Shown: positions 53,896 through 64,000 of the stretch, piece after piece | Position numbering within the stretch: the stretch's first letter is position 1 | Layout of the letters: each line of letters starts with the position of its first letter | From: Eledone cirrhosa | Taxonomy: Eukaryota | DNA length: 64,000 bases | Assembly (NCBI GenBank): GCA_964016885.1 | Contig: OZ024754.1 | Location: 45,694,001-45,758,000 of the forward strand | Reading direction: 5' to 3' | Translations under genes and position numbers: made by a program | The notes under the pieces: model-generated | Databases searched by the model: none | What the model was told of the DNA's origin: nothing | What the model saw: only the letters and a program-made list of their open reading frames with translations

Positions 53896-55251
53896 ATATT
53901 ATATATATTATATATATATTATATATTATATATATATTATATATATATTATATATATATATTATATATATTATATATATATTATATATATATTATATATA
54001 TATATTATATATATTATATATATATATTATATATATTATATATATATTATATATATTATATATATATATTATATATATATTATATATATTATATATATAT
54101 ATTATATATATTATATATATATTATATATATATTATATATATATATTATATATATATTATATATATATTATATATATATTATATATATATTATATATATA
54201 TATTATTTATATATATATTATATATATATATATATTATATATATTATATATATATATTATATATATATTATATATATATATTATATATATATTATATATA
54301 TTATATATATATATTATATATATTATATATTATATATATTATATATATTATATATATTATATATATATATTATATATATATATTATATATATATATTATA
54401 TATATATTATATATATTATATATATATTATATATTATATATATATATATTATATATATATATTATATATATATATTATATATATATATTATATATATATT
54501 ATATATATTATATATATATTATATATATTATATATATTATATATATATATATATTATATATATTATATATATATATATATTATATATATTATATATATAT
54601 ATATATTATATATATTATATATATTTATATATTATTATATATTATATATATTTATATATATTATATATATATATATATTTATATATATTATATATATATA
54701 TATTATATATATTATATATATATATTATATATATTATATATATATATATATTATATATATTATATATATTATATATATATTATATATATATATATAATAT
54801 ATATATTATATATATATTATATATATTATATATATTATATATATATTATATATATTATATATATATTATATATATATATATATATATTATATATAATATT
54901 ATATATATATATATTATATATATTATATGTATATTATATATATTATATATATATTATATATATATTATATATATTATATATATTATATGTATATTATATA
55001 TATTATATATATATTATATATATATTATATATATTATATATATTATATGTATATTATATATATTATATATATATTATATATATTATATATATATTATATA
55101 TATATTATATATATTATATATATATTATATATATATTATATATATTATATATATATTATATATATTATATATATATTATATATATTATATATATATTATA
55201 TATATTATATATATATATTATATATTTATATATTATATATATATATATATA
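53737..55251. repeat. 1.5-kb almost pure A/T satellite, (TA)n with periodic TT phase shifts
   Basis: Units of t(ta)4-7; only three G residues visible in the array. Confidence 0.97.
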
Positions 55252-55308
55252 CCAAAATAGAGGTGTGCGAACGAAACAGTCTTTCTTGTTTATTGTTATT
55301 ATTATTAC

Positions 55309-55505
55309 GGGCGGTGGATTGGCAGTATCGGTAGAGAGGCGGACACCATGCTTTGAAGCATAGAGTTACGTCCCTTTAGGATCTGAGTTCAAATCCCGCC
55401 GAGGTTAACTTTGCCCGTCATCCTTACGGGGTCGATAAAATAAAGTACCAGTAATGCGCTGGATAATTGCTGGCCTTGTGCCAAAAGTAGAAACAAATAT
55501 TATTA
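55309..55505 (+). mobile_element. SINE family A, full length
   Basis: Same layout as 20661-20850; inserted in (ATT)n. Confidence 0.92.
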
Positions 55506-55531
55506 TATATATAAAATTGGTCACTGGGTAG

Positions 55532-55731
55532 NNNNNNNNNNNNNNNNNNNNNNNNNNNNNNNNNNNNNNNNNNNNNNNNNNNNNNNNNNNNNNNNNNNNN
55601 NNNNNNNNNNNNNNNNNNNNNNNNNNNNNNNNNNNNNNNNNNNNNNNNNNNNNNNNNNNNNNNNNNNNNNNNNNNNNNNNNNNNNNNNNNNNNNNNNNNN
55701 NNNNNNNNNNNNNNNNNNNNNNNNNNNNNNN
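55532..55731. other. Assembly gap (200 N)
   Basis: Run of N; the round length suggests a scaffolding placeholder, so true distance and orientation across it are unknown. Confidence 0.99.
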
Positions 55732-55775
55732 TCAGATGAACAGAGCACTCGTCGTCGTAACCGACGGAGTGCCTC
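55732..55775 (+). mobile_element. SINE family B 3' end at contig start
   Basis: cactcgtcgtcgtaaccgacgga identical to about 8812-8834. Confidence 0.8.
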
Positions 55776-56374
55776 ATAACATTAAGTTATGTTACGCATA
55801 TTCTGAGTTCAAATCTTGCTGGTGTTATTAAAACAATTAGTAGTTATTGATGTTGTTTAGATATTAATCAATTTTTGTATTCAATGACATTTAATTTTGT
55901 CTTAACCAACTCTAAATGTTCTATATAAAGGCCTATATTACATTATTATTCGTACCAACCGACAGGCTGAAGTCATGCTGTGGTACCGCCATATTATGCC
56001 CGATATCCTTCCTCATATAAGAAGGTGTCTTTTCAAGATAAGGAAAGAATCTCAGTAGGTTCAGAAGCGCCAGTAATTGATTAGTGGTGATTAAAAATGC
56101 AATATCTGTTCCCAATAGTTAAGCAAGAAATCAATAATTATAGAGCGAAAGCGGGAATAGATAGAGTGAAAAACACGAGCATAACTTTGTCATTAAAGAC
56201 GAAGGTTATATATATATATGTGTGTGTGTGTTCTTTTTTTTTTTGAAGACCCAGTGATAAACAGGCGAAAATTCATAGTGATTAGACTCACTTTTTTAGC
56301 CTTAATAGAAATGAATACTAAAACTCTACTACGGTATTGGCTACTCCTTTACCTCAGCCGTCAATCACATACGG

Positions 56375-56454
<80 letters not shown>

Positions 56455-57097
56455 CTTACTAAAATGTAGAAATGTTGAATAAGGTGTTAGGAGCCACCTC
56501 TGGTAAAATTTAATACTATTACGATATATATATATATATTGTCAGTCTAAGCATACACTTAGTGCTGTAACTATTGTCATCGGGAGATTTGCATTGAAGC
56601 GAGGTTAACAAATGAAACTCTTAGCAAGTAATCTCAACAGGCAGCTGTAGCGATATAATTTCTATCAATGTCTGAAAGTAAACTACTGGGAATCCATACA
56701 ACTGATGACAAATGAAGATCTTTTGTGTATATCAGTGATTGACTCTAGTTTACTTATTTTATTTCCGTTTAACGCATTCCATGCTTTAACTTTCTCGTTC
56801 TATCCATTTCCATCTGTCGGTTTCTCCTCTTATAGCCATATGTCTTCTGTATTTCTTTTCTAAGCAACAATCTGTCATTGTTTGTGAATCTCTCAGTTCC
56901 ACTTTCTATTTTCTATTTATCCGGTTTCTGCCCTATATTTCTGTCATCCATCCCTCATTTTTCTATGCAAGAAATGTATACCTATATATACATACATAGA
57001 TTTATACATATGTATGTACATATGTTCAAACAGTCAAACACTCGGATACACTGAGATAAACTTACACACTATCTCATATATATATATATAAGAAAAA

Positions 57098-57201
57098 GTA
57101 TGACCCCGACGGCAGAGCTCAAGCCGTTTCGACGGCTATTTCTGGACTAAATTAGAATTTTTAGCCTGGTGAATAAATAGCCGAACTTGTCAAGTGGGTA
57201 C
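57098..57201 (-). ncRNA. Decayed type I hammerhead ribozyme with extended stem II
   Basis: Minus: acccac-TTGACAA-gtt-CGGCTATTT..AAATAGCCG-tc-GAAAC-ggc-ttgagctct-gcc-GTC-ggggt; core differs from CTGACGA by two transitions. Confidence 0.55.
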
Positions 57202-57353
57202 TTCCTTATATGGGAAGATTGTAGTTGTCAAGAGGATTGGTTAAAATTTGTTGTAAACACAAATAAGTCTATCATGGCATTTGGTGTGAGGTAGGGGTGG
57301 CTGAACTTGCCTGTAGAACAATAATAACTTGCATCATTTATTTATTCTGCTCA

Positions 57354-57435
<82 letters not shown>

Positions 57436-57611
57436 TTATACATGCACAAAGGTATGTAAAATTTTGATCACACTGCCTGAAACCGCTTGGCGCTGCGGTC
57501 AGGATTTTACCTATCTCTATACCCATTCTGCATCTCCCCCTGCATTGAGTATTCCCTTGGTTAGTGGTCCTCCCTGTCTCAAAGGCGGAGACTCTCTCTC
57601 TTTCTCTCTCG

Positions 57612-57659
<48 letters not shown>

Positions 57660-57713
57660 TGCATACAGGCCTATAAACACACGGTTATACATATATTGGT
57701 TGACAAACAACAC

Positions 57714-57779
<66 letters not shown>

Positions 57780-58689
57780 CAAAATCTTAAAATTTATATC
57801 TTTTGAACATTGGATTTGTTGGACAGTAATTGAATTCTAAATGGATCTTAATGAGGTTTCTATGACGTCCATTGTAACTGACATATTTGAATTATCTTTA
57901 ATGTTGTATAATATTACAGACTTAGCTAATGTTTCAAGGACCGGTATTTAAATATGTACAAATCAAAATTGGATTAATTTGGTGTCGTTGTTGTTAGTGA
58001 TTTTGTGGATTCGTGTGACGACTACGCCTTTATTGGATTATTTTATTATCTTCCTTGGTGTTATTACACTTTCTTGATGTTAGTTAGCAAGAATATACTT
58101 GCTGGATTTATTAAGATACATCTGGGGCAGAAGCAAAAATATTTGTATGATTTTTGCTCTTGAGAAATAATCACGTTTTGCCATTGTATTTGGTTTTCTA
58201 TCAATATTTAAGTTTAATACAATGTACTTTCATTTTTCCGTTGATCTCTCAATAAGTCACGTGGACTGGCTCATATAGGTTGTTTTATGTTATTAGTAAT
58301 AATTTGCATACACAGTCTATTGTCCATCATTAACAAATTAATCATGTTAGATATCAAAACTGTTTGCTTTTTTGTTGTTTAGCTTTAATGTCAATATTGG
58401 TTTCTTTTAAACATTATCAGTTAACGTATGTGATCTAATATTCAACTCGTTTTTTTACATTAAAATGCTTCTCTTTGTCTTAAAATATTAGTTTATATCC
58501 ATTGTTATGGGATTGATAAACATCAATTTACTACAGTAAATAAATTATTTGCTTATATTAAACAACGTAGGTCGATGTAAGCAACTGCTCTACTCATAAG
58601 ATTTCTGGCCTTTCACCAATTCTAGAATTCATTCTTATTTTTGTTGCCGGTGGTGACTGTGGTGATATTGGTGGTGGTGATGGTGGTGG

Positions 58690-58808
58690 TGATAAGGATA
58701 AGATGTATGATGATAACGATCGTGATGGTGGTGTTGAATATATTGGTGGTCATGATGATGATAACAAGGTGCATGATGATAACGATCGTGATGGTGGTGT
58801 TGAATATA
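58690..58808. repeat. Tandem duplication (period about 66 bp) in a GGT/GAT low-complexity tract
   Basis: atgatgataacgatcgtgatggtggtgttgaatatat occurs twice. Confidence 0.85.
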
Positions 58809-59654
58809 TGTTCCAAAAGAGAGAAAATAATAAACACAAACAAAACAATTAAATGCTTCCTGGCCGATTCTGAATCCTCTAAAATTATCAAAATGATTAT
58901 CCGTCAGCCATTCATTGCTTTTAACACATTATTTCAACTACGTTTAGTTATGTGCTCCATTCATTCGTATAGCTCTAGTGATTTAATCAACGTTAAGCCA
59001 GGGCTGGGAATATCCAGGATATTAGACAAGAGAGCTAGCTATGGAGTTGGAGTAATGGAAGGGACATTTGATTGAAGCTTAATTGAGCAGGATCTTTCAT
59101 CACATGATTCTGCTTTACTTCACCTGTCTCTGAGAGATATGTTCGGTGTAATAGGTTACGATGTGTTTGATCTTATCGCTTTAATCGTTAATCGACTGAG
59201 AGACAACTCTATGCTTGGAATAGAAATACTAGTGTTTCATAAGTTTTTATCCATTGAGGAATTTGAACTTAACAATGTAGCTCGACGAAGCAAGTATTAA
59301 TTTATTTGTATAGGGATTCCATGACGACTACTACTAAAGTGATACTGCTTCTACTCTCTGTATATTCTATAGTGTGGTCTTTACAAACCACCTAGACAAA
59401 GTGTGATCTGTAAATATTAACAAGACTTACGGAAATGTGGTTATGTGAAGGCACACAGACATCAAATACATTATTTTACGTTTAGAATGAAAAACAAGAC
59501 ATAAAATTACCTCACTACACCAATACATCTTGAGTTTAAAATCTAAGCAAACAGATTACAGTTCAGTATGATGGTTTCGTAAATGGGGACTACGGATTCA
59601 ATCTACAATGATTATTCTTGAGTAGCTTCTAAATGTGCTAATATAAATATATAT

Positions 59655-59693
<39 letters not shown>

Positions 59694-59998
59694 CCATATA
59701 TTATCATGTTCCTAGTGGTGGGATTCTATTGTTTTCTGTATTTGTTTACGTAAACGCTCTGCTGACCTGATCGAAAGACTTCCTTTGTCGACCATGTCAC
59801 TATTTTCTAATATTTCTATCATGCTTCTTTCCAACGGCTTGTTCAGGTCGTCGTGCAGCCTGGGTGCAATATTGCAATATTCAATATTATACAATAACAC
59901 CCTTATACAGAAAATTGTATTGTCCATGATGGCTGAGAAGGATCATAATGATTTCGTCCGTTCATCTCACACATTTCGCTTTTTACAGTGTACCACTT

Positions 59999-60044
<46 letters not shown>

Positions 60045-61321
60045 TTGTGTTATATGATGATAATAATGTGTGACCGTTTATTTATACGTATATATATATA
60101 TACATATATGGGTGTGTGCAGGTCGATATGCATGTATACAGGCTTGCGAATGAATATGAATATAAATATGTATCAAATTAAATTGTTCTCACCGAATATT
60201 TCAAGAGAATCATTCATATTTCTATATTAGTATTTCAAAATTAACCGTTCCTGGTACTTCGTTTCATCTGAATCTATTAGTCTTTTTCTCCAGTCATATA
60301 GAATATATGACCCAGGGGTATTCCACTGCCGCACGTCTATATGGTAGTGAAATAATTGACCCAATAGCGCAATCAATCTTTCATGAAATCTAACGAAAGA
60401 TTCTGGGTACCCCATGATGAATTCGGCTTTTGAATAATAAACAATAATGTGTAATAATACCCTAGAGCGTATAGATGAAAACGTGACATCCTTATGTTTA
60501 ATAAACCTCGTGACATCATTACGTTTATTAAGCCTCGCTGTGAAATTGCGTAATTGCTTGTTAGACCACACAGTTTTCATTAGCGGAAGATGAAGTTTAA
60601 GCCGATTAGTTTCGTCGTATTTTCCACTCATCGATATGCACATGCTTTGATGTAAAATGCAGAAAAATATTAGATCGAAACTACTTATCGGAATGTGAGC
60701 AATACGGAGAATCACACAATGATGTCATTCATTAATAGATGATGAATATAGTGTTCATATGAGAAAACTCACATATACATATGTTTAAAATATTTATATA
60801 TTTAATCTTGCAGTGAAGGTAAAGTCGTTATTGTTGAACATAAACCACTAGTTAAAGGCATATAATAGAATTCTTTGATGTTTAAAGATGGGGAAACATG
60901 TGATTAATATCTAGAAAAGATTGTTAGGATCCAACAATTCTGGTTACATATACATTGTTAATATAAATAATAATGATCCAGCATTTTGAGATTACCACAT
61001 GAGAACATGGCCACCAAACGTGGTAAGTTCAATATGGTGGTGACCCTGTGTTTTGTATATTCCTATAAATTGTATATTCCTATAAATTAAGGAGGTTAGT
61101 GGAAAAATTACTCACGTACGAATATTAAGTAACTTTGAACATTAATTACACACACATAATTATATTTACCTATGTATGTATATGTATATATGTGTTCATG
61201 TATATATGTGTGTATGTGTATATATACACCTATAGATACGGTGTATGTATGTATATATATATACATAAAGAAGTAGTCAACAGATTAAAATTAACTTCTT
61301 TTATTCATAGTCGCTCTTATA

Positions 61322-61359
<38 letters not shown>

Positions 61360-61429
61360 ATAATTAAATATTAATAAATATATATATATATATATTATAA
61401 TTATATATATATGATATAATTAAATATTA

Positions 61430-61474
<45 letters not shown>

Positions 61475-61484
61475 TAATATATAT

Positions 61485-61548
<64 letters not shown>

Positions 61549-62761
61549 TTATTTGGTTGATCAAATATCTACCGGCTTTTCCTTAAACAAACGTGAAGCA
61601 CTCCACTGCTTGTGTTAAGCTCCCACTGACGTATTATATTTCGATAGACCGTCATATCCTTCGTAATATCCGTCACAGACTGAAATATATATCTAGATAT
61701 GAAAAAATAACGATAATGTACTGAGATTATCCACTGAACTCATGTGACGGTAGCCATATTGAAAAACTGCTGATGAATGGAAACCTCCCTCTTTGAACTT
61801 CCTAAGAGTCTCATACATGTGAATAAGATGAAATGTATGTAACCAGTGTTTCTTAATTATTTTATATCGACATGTTTACCTTATGACATAAGTAGCAAAT
61901 CTTCTGTATTAGACGTATGTATATCCAGTCAAAGTCCAATATGAGTGTTATTGTTATATGTAATCCATACACACATACGTAATGTCGGTAATTAGATGAT
62001 ATATAAACGTAAGTTCTTTCAAGTACAGAATTGAAGTCAGAAAGCACTAAATCTTTTAGCTCTAATGTTATTGAAACATTCTGAATGCTTCTAATTAAGA
62101 GAAGAACAAAAGAAACAATATTTTCTTCATCGTTCCTTTGACATTGTACCTTGCCTAAATTCATTAATACCGAGGCTATACGTCATTCAGTTGACGCCAT
62201 CTTGGATTGATGTTTTTTTCTGTACACACAATGATGGTTAAATGTAGTGTTGTCTAGTTATACAAAATTATACATATAATTTGATTACTGTTATATAATG
62301 TATCTGTGTGTACCCAGTAATCACTCATTATACGGTATACTGCACCAGTTCCACATCTACATTTAGTGGTAGTATAATTGACTACAATAAGAAGATGACC
62401 TCATGACATTTTATTGGTGCTTATATAACTGTATATAATTGGTCTCCATGCCATATTCTTCACTCTAAATATACTCAGTTATGTGATATGTGCATTTATA
62501 CTTCAAACGCGTTCTCAGTGAGAACAATTTCCAATTACAATAGCTCCAAATCACTTTTCATTACTACTCTGACTTAAACTGATGTCTCTGCCATTCATCG
62601 AACTCATCCAAATATCATACCTGATTTCTAGCTTCGGGGTATCTATTTCTTCTTACCATCCTCAAAGGTTATCAGACACGATGGCAGCAATATATACAGA
62701 CCCGATTCAAGTATCGATCTGATCGTGCATCGAGTGTTCATGGTGGTACCACAACCACAAG

Positions 62762-62799
<38 letters not shown>

Positions 62800-62883
62800 T
62801 TCATGACAACATTTCTGTTTCATAACCAAAATAATGCAATGTATTGTGCGCAATGCAGCAGCAAAATATCTAACCCATTGTAT

Positions 62884-62956
<73 letters not shown>

Positions 62957-63552
62957 AGAAGAAGAAGAAGAAGAAGAAGGAGACAGACAGATATAATTGT
63001 AGATAGTTGAATTATGTTTATATTAAGCGCAGGCATTTTATTTTACAATGGGTCTAATACGCATTTTCGATAAATTCTAATATGTAGTAAATAATTACTT
63101 TCATATAGCTTCTTCCCGGTTTTACTAATTACTTCCACTACCAAATTAGTTTCACATATATTCTGGCGATTTCTTTCAACCTTCATTTTGATTCCTTTAG
63201 TTTTCATTTAGTTTCCTTCTATGTTTTGTAGAGAATATTTTATTAATTCTTGTTCATTTAATACACTATATTTCCTACTGATAAATTTCATTTTTACCTT
63301 CATTATTACGTATCTAATTGTGGAGAGCATTTTTCGTTTCCTCCTATGCCTATCATATTTATTTCGCATTTCAATATATCGGCAACTGAGCCAATCTGCA
63401 TGAATGGTTTTCAGCCAACAATTTATCGACAAAATGCCTTTTTGCTGCAACTAACGTTTGCAAACACACGCTGATACTTACACACAATCATGCCCACATC
63501 CGGAGAACGCGTCTACACACATACGTTACACAAAACATCATTAATATACATT

Positions 63553-63610
<58 letters not shown>

Positions 63611-63935
63611 GCACGCACACAGATTTATGCATTCAATTATATATATATATGTATATGTGTGTGTGTGTGTGTGTATACATATATAAATGTGTTTGTGTAC
63701 ATGTATGATATAATGTGAGAATATGTGCGTAGGTGTATATATATTGTTTTTTGTGTGTGTATTTATATATGTGTGTAAGATGTGTATGCTAATTGTTATT
63801 GCTTATACACGAACGTTTAAGGGGGAAACCGACTGTAAAATATGATTATAGATGCGATAGAAAAGGTAAAATTAGCATCATTTCATTATCGCTTTATTAA
63901 CATTTTTTGGCTTCATTTCCTCACTATTGCATATA

Positions 63936-63980
<45 letters not shown>

Positions 63981-64000
63981 CATACATACATACATACATA

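Noticed and set aside
63208-63450. Possible pogo/Tigger transposase N-terminus (KRKMLS..KMKFI)
   Set aside because: Too short and degenerate to support without an HMM search.

Overview
This is eukaryotic, very AT-rich, microsatellite-saturated non-coding DNA. The SINE families and repeat landscape point to an octopod cephalopod; that is an inference from recalled repeat motifs, not a database result. I found no host protein-coding exon I can support, and nearly all ORFs in the track are translations of (TA)n/(CA)n/(GA)n/trinucleotide repeats. Supportable content: many copies of three tRNA-derived SINE families (several with target-site duplications, TSDs), a 5'-truncated Tx1/L1-type LINE with TSD, two RTE-type LINE 3' ends, a very decayed LINE RT relic, mini/microsatellites, several inverted repeats and a 200-N scaffold gap. 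Three signals stand out. (1) A perfect 172-bp-arm inverted repeat (21778-22155) whose minus strand folds into a nearly complete type I hammerhead ribozyme, i.e. Penelope-like/retrozyme-like architecture. (2) Several further intact or decayed hammerhead cores, some abutting (TA)n. (3) A textbook recursive-splice-site motif (branch point, 19-nt pyrimidine tract, CAG|GTAAGT) at 52429-52464, suggesting the window lies in a giant plus-strand intron. Coordinates of degenerate repeats are approximate.
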